The notes under the pieces are model-generated. The model was not told where the DNA came from and made no database searches. It was given only the letters and a program-made list of their open reading frames with translations. Positions 28,393 through 40,169 of a stretch of 64,000 nt of DNA are shown piece by piece (positions within the stretch are counted from its first letter, which is position 1; each line of letters opens with the position of its first letter). The position numbers were made by a program, and so were the translations under genes. The DNA is taken from assembly GCA_000165425.1 (NCBI GenBank), contig CT868563.1, positions 310,001 to 374,000 on the forward strand. Reading direction: 5' to 3'. Source of the stretch: Paramecium tetraurelia (Eukaryota).

Positions 28393-28437
28393 GACAATTT
28401 AATGAAATTATATATATATATCTTTAATAATTCATCA

Positions 28438-29838
28438 TCAGGATTGTTTCAATACAAAATAGTAGCCTAATTCTTCTGTTCTGAACATCCTTTGGAGAAT
28501 GTGCACATTCTACACCATCTATTGGAACTCAATCAGTTCATTAAAGCAGAACAAGATCTTGTATTAATTCGAAAATTCTTACAACAACATCATGATATTG
28601 CGTAATGCCAAACCCTTTAGAATCCCATACAAAGTAGTTTTATTTGGCATCGGAATTGCCAAGAGATTAGGATATCATGAAATCCTTATACAATTCTCCA
28701 TATTACTGCATGTAGAACTTGAAAGTCTTGTTGTTGACTCCAAATGCTTGAAACACTGGCAGGTATACCTATCCTGAATTGTGTTTCACAATGAAATGCT
28801 TGATTTGAGTGTATTTGTCTAAACATTTTGGAGTGTTTGGGTTGTTTTGAAGATTCGACAATAGTGTTTATTGTAGATTGTTTGAATTGAATTTCTGGAT
28901 CAAGACTTGGGCTGCCTCTTTGCATTACTCGAACATGTCCAAAGAGTTGTCATCTGAAATCATTACGATTCCGATTGGTTTTTCAAAGAAATTTATGTAA
29001 GCATACACAAACCCCATGGCTGATAAGCCTGGCAAACATATGGGTATCCAGTTTTCTCCCTTCTTCAACTAGCCTTGTCCTTGAATCATGCTTTAGATAA
29101 TCAAGATGTCAGAGGTCTTGAACTCCATATTCTTCTATCTCCAAATGTCGATTACGAAGGTTTCCGTCAACAACAAAGAAGCTATGATGTTGGGCAATTT
29201 GATTTCCTTTAAATTATTGTGAATGAACTATCTCAATGAGACAGCCATTGGCAAAGTACAGATTGAATTGAATGCTATGCAGGGAGAATATAATCCATTT
29301 TTAACAGCCAGTGTTAATAGATTTCGGGATCCTCCCACAGAAAATGCCAAGTCGTAATTAGGTTTTTGTGTTAAATGAACATTCGCTTAATCTGTTACTA
29401 TGGATATCAATTAAGTATTGAGAAAATCCAACATTTGATAGATGATGAATTCAGAATCCTATCATAAACTGGTGAGAATACTTGGAGGGAATTCGTTGTA
29501 CAAATGTAAGTGATTTAATTTCTTTGTAGAATGTAAATATTGCATTTATCATGTGAAATCCTGAATAAGGTTTGTTTTTCTTTGTCTTCAAAAAAGAATA
29601 AAAGAAACTTTTAGAAGATTGCATTGATAGTTGCTAAAAAGATGGATGACTATTGAAATCTTTATCATCAAAAATATACCTTTATTTCATTACCATATCT
29701 CACATAAATGGGTCTTCCTGTATTGGTCATAATAAATACATGCCTTTTATGAGTAAAGAATTCTGGGATGTCAGGTGAAATTTCTGAATAAGAAACATTG
29801 ATGACATGAGACTTGTATTAGTAGGGATCAGTACTCAT
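28438..29838 (-). CDS. MON1: Vacuolar fusion protein Mon1/SAND (Rab7 GEF subunit)
   Basis: KRHVFIMTNTGRPIYVRYGNE, KPNYDL, TSDILII, ENWIPICLPGLSAMGFVYAYINF, all characteristic Mon1 longin-domain motifs. Confidence 0.9.
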
Positions 29839-29877
29839 TTATATATATTAATTTTCTTATTTAATGTGAACATACAT

Positions 29878-31278
29878 TCAATACTATGGCTAAAAGACTG
29901 CATTGTATCTGGCAATGGATGGGCCTCTTTCGAAATACTCTTATCTAGTGTGATAGACCTTCTCAAATTGTGGCTAGAATCTAGATACACTAATATACTT
30001 ATAATGCCATCAAACTTCCTCCTTACCAAACAGCATATCTTTGGAAGGGGTTCTGAGTAACATTGACTTTGATGGATGCAGGCTTGAATATAATGAGATA
30101 GATAATACTTTGAATCCAGACCTGACTTCATATTTTTAGAGTCTGGAATCAATTCTCAGTTAGACTTGTTGCTCCAATCTTTGAGCAAAGCCATCAAACA
30201 AAGTGGATCCACCTGATAAGATGATATTTTGATATAGTTTCTTTCTGCAATCGACAGGGGAAGTCTAGATGGATTTGTCAATGATTTCATCAATGGGAGA
30301 TCTCCATTTGCCATCTAAAAACTCTGGATGGAAGAACATTTCAGGACCTAAGAATCTTTCGTAACCAATATCGATAGTGTATTTCTCTTTGGTAACTGAG
30401 CTCTTTCCATAATAGGTTTTGAATTTGTTCTTCTCTCCTCTGTCATAGGCTTGGAATTCCTTGATTAGATCTCCATCTCCAATGCAATAGCCATATTTCT
30501 CTTTAACTTCCCTTGCTACTTTTTTAATGTCTTCTGCTGGTATATTTTCTCCTCTTTCCTTCAATAAATTTTAGATAAATTGGGTGATGTCTCTTCCTGC
30601 CAATGGTATGTGTTTGATACACGATCCTATCACATAACCATCGGAGACAGGAATGCAATGTGTCACACCGTCTCCTGAGTCCAAGACCATACCTGTTAAT
30701 CCGGCTGTTTTTTGATATTCATTGACAGGAGCAAAGGCACTGGAGAAAAGGGACAGGACTGCCTAAACTGAAATGTGTAATCCTTTGGCATTGAAGGTTT
30801 CAAAAAAGATTTCTGCAATGTTCTCTCTGTTTTCAGGAGGATTCTATATATGAATATTGCGAGTTTACCATAGGTGGTTCAGTCAAAATGAAGGTTGTTT
30901 CATCGGGTTCAGCTCTGAGGTAATCAAATATACTTCTGTGCCAAAACTTCTCCATGAGATCCCAATTTTCTACGATTCCACTCTTCATTGGATAGAAGAT
31001 ATTGTGAGACTTGGTGTAGTCATACGCTTCGTATCCGATGTAGTAATCCAAATTCTCATTGGTATTCTTGCTCATTTGAACTTTTTACTAATATCGATGT
31101 GTCGAATTACTTTCTCTTGATGATCTGCCACAACAGTAGGGATATCGAATTATGGTTCAGTGTTTCCAGCCCACCCCATCTTCGTAAAGCCAGTACCTAC
31201 GATGCACCTCAATCAAATACCATTGTCGATGACGCAAACCTTGCTTTGATAAAACCCTTTGTCAATTGTCTATTGCAT
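29878..31278 (-). CDS. ARP3: Actin-related protein 3
   Basis: [104 protein letters not shown]. Confidence 0.95.
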
Positions 31279-31359
31279 AGGATACTCTATATATATTTTA
31301 TATTAATTATTATTAATTATTCATTAATCTTATGATTATTAATATAGTTATAAGAATGT

Positions 31360-34300
31360 TCATCCTTTTCTTTTAAGAGTATGAAAAAAGTTGTCAACTC
31401 TTCTCCATTTATCATTAATCGATGTAATTATTTCCTGTCTGAATTTCATGGTTGCCTCTTGTTCTGAGAGATTCAAAGCCAATCTGTCCTGTAAATACCT
31501 CACATCTTCTGCATTTTACAATTCCGGTATCCCAGCAGTCAAGTTCATCAAGAATAAATCAACCAACCATCTCCCATGTTTTCTAATCAAATTATAGGCA
31601 TCCAAACAATGCTTCTCGAATTACCTGAATGTTTCACTGTCCTAACCACCCATCACTGTCAACATCTCTGGAGTTAAAACAAACTTGGCTCTTTCTATAA
31701 TGTTATTAACTTTTACCTCTATTGATTCCAAACTTGATCTTGAAATTGCCCAGGAAATGTCCAAAATCAATATGAAAAATGTGTCCACTTGATTTGATCA
31801 TGATATTGCCACTGTGTCTATCGCCAATCCCCAGAACATAAGTGGCAACACAATAGCCAGCACAAGATCTAAGGAAAATGTCTTTGGATCTGTTTAAATC
31901 TTCAGCATTCTGATTCTGTTGATGGAGATAATTGATGAGTGCTTTTTCATCAAATGCTCCAAATGCCCCAATCTTATCGTGGATTTCAGAAATGTTCAAT
32001 GAATCCAATACCACTTCAATCATTCCAACCTAATCATCAGTGGCTATCACTTTGTAGGGTTTCATCTTAAAATCCAATCCTGAATCCAACCATATCGTAT
32101 CAATGATCTTGATAATCTGCAGAGTCAACATGTCTTATTTCAGATCATCTCCATTCTTAAATATGACCTGCAGTTGATTGATCTATTGATTGATCGATTT
32201 TTAATAGGATTTCAAATACAATTTGAGTGGCAGTTTCTTTGAATTCAACACCTTGCATTGATCGATGTCAAAACTGGCAATCTGCATACGAGCATCAATT
32301 GGAAATGTAAATGGCTGAACCACATTCTAAGTGATATACTGTAACTCTTTCTTCAAAGCATCGGTCTTCTATTGCATCTCCGTCCCCACCTACTTGCTCT
32401 TTATCTTGAGAGAGGACTCAATTAACAGATTGTTCAATCTCACTTCCTTGACGATTGTCTCTCTGAATTACCCACATATCATTATCAATTGCTCCAGCCA
32501 TATGAAATACCTCAGAAATGATGGTTTCAAATTCAATTGCGATTTCAAAAGCCAGAAAAATTCTTATCCAATCTGAAAAGGATTTGCGGATGCTCTCTCT
32601 AGAAGTAGTTCTCCCAATGGATTGTAGATGTTCTTCTCAAATTGCAAAGCCTGACTTAGTTGCAACAAGTAGAGACTCAACTCGTCATCAGATAGGAGAC
32701 TTATTCTATCCACTGCATACAAGCGAACAATCTCATCTGGGAAATGGGAGTCCATCAAAATCAGTGCTATTTGTGGTGGCAATGGAATCCACTCCTTGAT
32801 CATTTGATGGGCTTCTCGTACTTGTTTGGGGTCAGCCCAATTAACAGCCTTCAGGAATAATTACAAGGCATAAGGCAATGTTTTGTAATGGTGTCGACAT
32901 ATCATCAATAGAAATTTGTCCAATTGCGAGTAATGCACTCTGTCCAGTGAGGTAGCTGATAATAGTGTTTATAAGTAGGCTAGATCCTCTGTTTTTGGAG
33001 TTTAATCAATATCTTTGTAGGGATAAGCCAGACCTAATCTATCGCTATTTTCTTTATAATAATTAGAAGTCAATCTATTTGATATAAAATATTGTAAAAA
33101 GTTGTTTAGTGAATTTCTAGCTAATTATGAGAAATTACTTGATCTTTAGCTATCTATATTCTGAAGGATGCTGATTCCCTTCCTCTTATTTTAAGACATG
33201 ATGGACCCTGTGGTTTTATCTAGGTCGAATTGGATCCTCTGATCCTTGACGTAATGATAATTCTTCTTAGTTTCAATCTGCTTTTGCAATTGGGGATCCG
33301 ATCTCACCAAATCTGCATAATGTTTAACATTCAAACAATCCTTCAGACTCCCCTGATGAAATTGTTGGAACTTCTGATCCCTCAAGGACCATTTCAATTG
33401 AGAACTGAAGCAATCCATCTTAATCGACAAGTAGCTGTAACACTTGGGTCTGCATCTCTTGTAGATGTTGTCTAAATTGATTTCTCCCTTGAAATCCTGG
33501 AAGCATCCGATCTTCGGGTTGATGTCATAGAATGGCCACAAATTGAGGGTTTGCAGTCCTTGTTTGAACTTTGAATTCTGATCGAACAAGTACATGCTGG
33601 TGCTGCCCACAATTTGGGATTCTCCGTGACAGGAATAGATCAACACCCTAAAACATAATTTAACTTCCAACGGCAACATGGAGTATTTGATTTGACTAAA
33701 TTTAATGGATGCATTGAAGGTGGGAGTGAATGAAAAAGGAATGAGTTATGATTCGATCACCGATGAATTGGTTAATAACTTGTCACCATAATACAGGGAG
33801 GCCTCAATCGATATAAGGAAGGGTTCGAAGTTGAGATTGAATAGGGACTGTATCTACTTGATGTAATTTCGGTTCTCGACTCCTCCAAATGACAAGTATC
33901 TGATGGGGATGTAGGGTTCGTCCTGTTGAGTCTCTTTCCTGTGGAACATAAGGATGTCCTTGTTTTTGTTGATTTTGGAGGGCTGATTTTTGGTGATGTT
34001 GTTCAATTTGGTTGTTCCATTGTAGGTGGATCTCTTTTTGCCCAATCTGTCAAAGTCAGATTCGAACAGATTCTTGAGGTGGTCTATTTTGATTATTTTG
34101 AAACTGAAGTAGAAATCGCATTGTCCTGAGTAAATGAAGTCCAAATCATTTACAATTCTATTCTATGATATAAGTCTATATTACTTGCTTTAGGATGCTG
34201 ATCTGCTGATTGACTATCTTCTATTTCGGATACCATATGAATACAGGGATTTCTAGATACTTTTTCCAGTCCCCAATCAAATCGTAATTATCCTTGGCTC

Positions 34301-34934
34301 TCAAGTAAATGGGGGGGTAATCGAAATTGCTGGAAGGCAAATAATCAATCAAAATGGTGTTTAAGACTTGGCTGTCTCTGATAATGTTTCGAATTCGAGT
34401 GAATTGCAACAGAGGCTGTTCTCCATAGATGTACTCCTGATATCCGTCCACTTGCAAAATGTACTGAGGAGGATTGGACTATTGATTTTGTAGTTATTTC
34501 AGTATCATCTGGATGGCTTCGTCGGCACTCGTCATCAAATTGAATTCGATTTTGGTCTCTTTCCCATTCAAGAGGTCGTTCTGGCATTGGCAGATGATGT
34601 TGAATTTAATAGTGTAGATGTTACTAAATGAGAATCCCATATTGGATTCCACCAAATACCTCCGATATTGTTGTTGTTGCGGGTGCAAAAGATACGAAGG
34701 GATGTTTCTCCTTCTGTATTATTCTACTTCGCTCGAATCCTGTAACCAATGTGCTACATTCTCATGATTATACAGAATGTAATCCATATCCTGCAGAGCG
34801 TTCTCGCATTTCTGTTTGTACTGAGGATCCACATGGGTTTCTATGATGATGATGTCTCCGTTGGTGGAATAAATTTAACGACTATCAGGATCTAGACATA
34901 TAATCCAATTTGTATATTATTAAAATTATTTCAT
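31360..34934 (-). CDS. Class I-like phosphatidylinositol 3-kinase (RBD-C2-helical-kinase)
   Basis: RBD-like [22 protein letters not shown]2 [10 protein letters not shown], helical [11 protein letters not shown]...[13 protein letters not shown], kinase KNGDDLKQDMLTLQ and [23 protein letters not shown]...[13 protein letters not shown]. Confidence 0.95.
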
Positions 34935-35221
34935 AAATAATAATTATGTTATTAATCTCTACATCCCAATATGTTTTTCCTATTTTCACACTAAATCATT
35001 CATCTCCTGCACTTCCCACACTCCAAATCCCATTGCCCTTCCCTCCTCGACGCACAATTACCTCCTTCCTATTTTCACACACCCTAAAATACGACCTATT
35101 CAACTATACAACAGAAGATAGTTACTCTAAATTTTACAGAACATAATAAAATCCTTAGATTTTTTAGTATATATATCCCTGGATTGCCACTCCCCACATT
35201 CTCCAATTATTAAGATCATTT
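34935..35221. promoter_or_regulatory. Divergent PI3K/Piwi intergenic region with 15-bp direct repeat and G-run motif
   Basis: Head-to-head start codons at 34934 (-) and 35222 (+). TTCCTATTTTCACAC at 34977-34991 and 35066-35080. C-runs at 35015-35043. Regulatory function is inferred from position only. Confidence 0.55.
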
Positions 35222-37677
35222 ATGATTGAGAGAGGACAAACAGTGTACACCAACTTCTACTAGATCCAAATCAACCCCAACAGTCACATCTACAGATATC
35301 AAGTAACCCATCCCTCTTAATTCTCCCCTAGTTGTCATTTTAACCCTTCCTATCTCCTGAACAGCAGATTGCCAAATGGAGAGAAATCTTCAAGGTTGCC
35401 AAGGCTGGTCTCCAAGAGAACCTCAAAGTCTTCATCACCAATAACTAAATCCTCTATTCGCCAGTGAGAGCTTAGACCATGGGCCTGCTCTTGGGAGTCT
35501 TCGAAGAGGAAGGAACCAGTCATTCCATTTCTATTGAAGAGAAGGCTGTGCTCAAGCCTGGAGAACCAGAGTACACAGGGTTGATCGGAAGATTCTTCAA
35601 GATGCTATTAAAACAATAGAAATTGTTACAGATTGGAAGAAAGTACTTTAACACCAAAAATTTAATTAATTTTGATTAATTCGGATTGAAAGTATATTAT
35701 ATTTTAATTATCCCAAGGTTTTACCAGGAGTAAGTTGCAGTCTCATAAAACAAGAAGAACAAGGCAAATATTACATCAATATCGACTCCTCATTTAAAAT
35801 GTTGAGAAGCACCACTATGTACGAGGAGTTGAGGAATTCAAGAGACTTCTCCTAATTGGAAGGAGCCATCATCATGACTGTCTACAATTACAAATTCTAT
35901 AAAGTGAATAAAATCAGCAGAGAAATGAATCCAAAGAGTGAATTTGAAAATTTGAAAGGAGAAAAGATGAGTTACATGCAATATTACTAAGATAAGTATG
36001 AATAGAATAATAACACATAATAGATACAAGATAGCCATCAAGGATGTTACCCAACCATTGATTGAAGTCTTAGAGAAATCAAGAAAGAAACAAGAAGAGA
36101 AGATCATCTATTTAATACCAGAATTGTGTGTGATGACTGGATTATCTAATGAAATGAGAAACAATTTCTAAACTATGAAATAACTATCCACAGTCACTAA
36201 ACCCAGAGGAGTAGATAGAGTGAGATAGGCAGATCAATTTATCCAGTGTTTTCATAATAAGGAGAGTGAAGAATTAATCAAGAAATGGAATATTCAATTG
36301 GAACCAAAATGCTTGTAGATTCAGAGTTCCAAAATCAAACCAGGAAATATCATGATGGGCAACAACACCTCCATCAATATAGAAACAGGCAATTTAGATA
36401 GAGATACACAAACTGCCATGTTGAGAGGAGTGGGCTTGGAGAATTGGGGAATCTTGTATAGTGATAGAGACAGCAGATAAGCAGAAGACTTTATGAGTTG
36501 TTTGAGAGAGAGCATAGAATATTGTAAGTTTTAATGCAAAGCTCCTCGTACTTTTGTACTTCATTCAAATAGAATTGAAGATTGGATTAAGTAAATAGAT
36601 TAAATTGTTCAACAATCATAAGGACCACAAAAGGTAACCTTGCTCTTATTGATATTGAATGGTCCAAAGAAGAGTGCTCCACTCTACACAGACATCAAAA
36701 GATATTTGATTAATGATTGTCCAATAGCCTCGTAGGTTATATTGAGTTCCACTTTAAATTAACCCAAAGGCAAAGTGAAGACTATTTGCAATAAGTTATT
36801 GGTTCAAATTTGTGCTAAGGTTGGTGGAACACCTTGGGGAGTGTCAGAATTACCATTCACTGATCAACCAACCATGATATGTGGTATGGATGTGTATCAT
36901 TCCACTGGCAAAGCAAAGAAGTCTATGTTATCATTTGTATCTACAGAGGATGAATTCTTTAGCAAATACATGACCTAATCAGTAGAAATGGAAACTGGAG
37001 TGGAATTCTCATTCAGCTTATGTCCAGTCTTAGTCAAATCCTTGCAATCTTTTTGTGGAGATAGGAATGGTCCTTTGCCATCCAGAATCATTATATTTAG
37101 AGATGGTGTTTCTAACTCTTAAGCTAAAACTGTCATTGAAACAGAAGTAGCCCAATTCAGATAAGCCATAGAGCAAGTCAAAACTGAAAAGAATTCTGAC
37201 AAACCAATCAAATTGATAGTATTATCAGTCAATAAAAAAGTAGGGGCTAAATTTTATGCTGGAGAGAGGTTAATTATTATCATTATTATTACCATAGAAA
37301 CTTAGATAACCCTCCTTAGGGTACTTTGATTGATACTGAGATTAGCAATGGAAAAGACGACTATTATCTGATATCACAAAGAACAACCTAAGGAACTGTG
37401 TAGCCAACTCATTATCATGTCTTAGTGAATGATTTATTCGATGAACCCAATATCCTGAAGAAATTGTAGGCCTTGTCTTATAAGTTGTGCTACATGTATT
37501 ACAATTTCAGTGGAGCCATCAAAGTAATTGTTATTGTTTTAGTAGATACCTGCACCAATCCAATATGCTCATGTTTGCTCAAATTTTATAGGAGATAGAT
37601 TCGATCCCAGAAAACCCCAGTCCTTGATTAAGCCAAACCCCATATTGAATCAGAGAAGATCACTCTTCTTCATATGA
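35222..37677 (+). CDS. PIWI: Piwi-clade Argonaute (PTIWI family), PAZ-MID-PIWI
   Basis: YTNFY N-terminus, PAZ SYMQYYQDKYKIAIKDVTQPLI...YLIPELCVMTG, QICAKVGGTPW, MICGMDVYH, IIIFRDGV, NPPQGTLID, QGTVQPTHY, KLCYMYYNFSGAIKIPAPIQYAH, C-terminal LFFI*. Five short introns. Paralogue number not assigned. Confidence 0.97.
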
Positions 37678-37715
37678 ACATTATTAAATCAAAATAAATA
37701 AATTAGAACATTTAA

Positions 37716-37752
<37 letters not shown>

Positions 37753-38801
37753 TACTCGTATAGTTTTTGAACATTTTACTAATTTAGATGATTTCCTTCT
37801 ACACCTTTGACTCTTCTAAAGATCTTTGCCTATTAATATAATTTTGAGACATCCTCCTCATCTTCATCCTCATCATCTTCCTCATCCACTATTTATTTTT
37901 TAATTTATGCTTTTTTTGACAATTTTAAGTATTTGTTCACTGTATCTTATGAACTTTAACCTGCTTATATGACTTAAGCTCCCTGCTCTGATCGGAATCT
38001 ATCCAATCTCTCATAGCACAATGGGGCCAAATTATATCTGCCACTCTCATCCATTTCATCAAGAATATCAATGGGAATATTTCTTTATTATCATTGAATC
38101 GATTTACTTGCATTCAGTCTCTGTAACCTTGTACAGTATTTGCCTGTCTGGATAAGGAGAATGACCATAACGCTTTTTGTAATCTCTTTCCTTCTCCCTT
38201 ATGAATTCTGGATCCTCTGGAAATGACTAATATCTCGATTATGTTCTCTCCTCAATCATTTGTGAGTTCCATCTCCACATTATCACAAACAACACCAAAC
38301 TCACTACGTATAATTCTGGACTCCTCCTCATACTATGGAATAATGGGTTGTCCTCGATATATTTGTTCCTCTATCGTTGAAAGTCTTTCTCCTCGAAATC
38401 TTACGTCCTCCTTCGAAAATCGTAGTAATATTAAGCATTAGGATTTATTGGTCTCTATTGCTGCTGACTTTATTATTAAGAATATTAGGTTCTTGTTTCT
38501 TAATTCTGCTATCTCCCACTTGATTATTGCTATTATTCCATCAAAGTCCTATCGTACTTCTTTCTCTCATTCTCATCTGATAGAGTATTGTAAGCTGCTA
38601 CTATTGATTTAAACAATTCCTATTATTTAAATTTATTTATACTTAGTCACTCTCTTTTGCATTTGGTGAATCAGGATGGTGCTGTTTGGCTAAAATGTGA
38701 AATTGTTTTTTTATTTCCTCATTAGTAGCTTCTTTGCGAACTCCCAGTAATTAATAAAAATTTTGAGTTGAGAATCTACATTTACTAAATATTCTTAACA
38801 T
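37716..38801 (-). CDS. DnaJ/J-domain protein, probably mitochondrial
   Basis: Presequence-like MLRIFSKCRFS, NFYQLLGVRKEATNEEIKKQF..LAKQHHPD, AYNTLSDENERKKYD. Ends in a 12-Gln tract. Confidence 0.9.
37719..37754 (-). repeat. (TAA)n microsatellite encoding C-terminal poly-Gln of the DnaJ protein
   Basis: TAA TAG (TAA)x10 in frame immediately before TGA. Confidence 0.85.
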
Positions 38802-40169
38802 AAAATTAATAAATAAATCATCAAATCAAAATCAAGAACTTTATGAAACTCAAAGTCATTTAAATGAAATTATCAACAATGTTATAGTCTAAAGATGTAT
38901 TAAAAGATACATACAATTCATTTCAGTCAATTATGACATATATAAAATAGTAACTCTTAAGAAAATGGCAAGAGACACTGAGAATAATCAATGAAAAGAT
39001 ATTATTAGTCTAAGAGAATTATAAGAAGTTTTAATCTACCTCTGTATATTCAATTATTATATAATAAATTTATGAGATTGATTATATTTGATCTTAATTA
39101 TCTTTTTTATAATTGATATTGATATTTAAGTTTATTTTATTTATATTGTATTGATTACTTTGAAAGGAAGCATTATGAGAAAATGAAAATTATAATATAT
39201 ATTAACTATGCGCTAATAGTGTTAATTAATATTCAAATATTTTATGGTTATGATTACCATTCCTTAAACTTAGGATTCTCGCACAATTTTTCAATATGGT
39301 ATTTAGTTAGCTATTATTTATTTGATTCGAATTCAAGTAAAGACTATTTTATATAGCTTTCTTCATATATCGATCTTTGTTTAGCACTTTATCTTTATAT
39401 ATGACTACATACTTTACTTCGAAAACCATAGCAATATAAACAAACAAATTGATATAAAAACAAGGGTTCCAACAATAATCTCATTCTATTTATCTTCAAG
39501 GAGGAAAAAATATGACATCCAAAAATATTGAGGTTAGATGATTTAAATTTATTTAATAAATATAGGATCAAAATTTAGTTTTTCCCCTAAATAATTATTG
39601 AGTTTGGCGGGACTGGTATTTAAATTATTATATTGGTTTTATTGTTGATTAATAGATTTATTTAAATTTATTTTAATATTAAATTTGAGTGATGAGTAAA
39701 TTATATTCTAGTATTTTATTAAAGGTTTAATAACAGGACAGAAATTCAGTAATTTGAATTATGATGGCAATCAAGAATTTGATAAAGTCTCTAATAAATT
39801 AGGTTCTAGTTCTAAATTCTTATAATTTATCGCTTTTTATATTAAAAGTATAATTTTACTATTTATTTAGCATTTATTCTAATCATGATCATAAGATCTA
39901 TAGATGAATAGATTTATCATTAGAATAAGACTTTTTAATTATTTTGTGTCTTGGATTATTTTTTATTTACTATTCTATATTTTTCTAAGCGTTTTAGAAT
40001 CAATTTAAGATTAAATATCTCCAATTCAGGATTTCCAACCTTATCAGTTGGTTTATCTTGAATTCCTAGAATGTTGAAAATCACATTAATATATGGTAAT
40101 GTTTATAAAAAAAATGCAAAATTTGTATTGTAAAGTTCAAATCTCAATAAAAGTTGCGGAAATTTCATA

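Noticed and set aside
28432..28440. Three tandem TGA codons after MON1
   Set aside because: Simple backup stops or a short trinucleotide repeat. I saw no SECIS or read-through evidence.
29835..30152. 105-aa minus-strand track ORF as a MON1 N-terminus or overlapping gene
   Set aside because: It is an alternative frame of the ARP3 3' end. MON1 has its own ATG at 29838.
34946..35146. 66-aa Pro-rich track ORF in the PI3K/Piwi spacer
   Set aside because: It has no motif and its composition simply mirrors the C-rich DNA. A small ORF cannot be excluded without RNA data.
34960..35200. C-rich tract as telomeric repeat or telomere-addition site
   Set aside because: No tandem CCCCAA/CCCAAA units are present.
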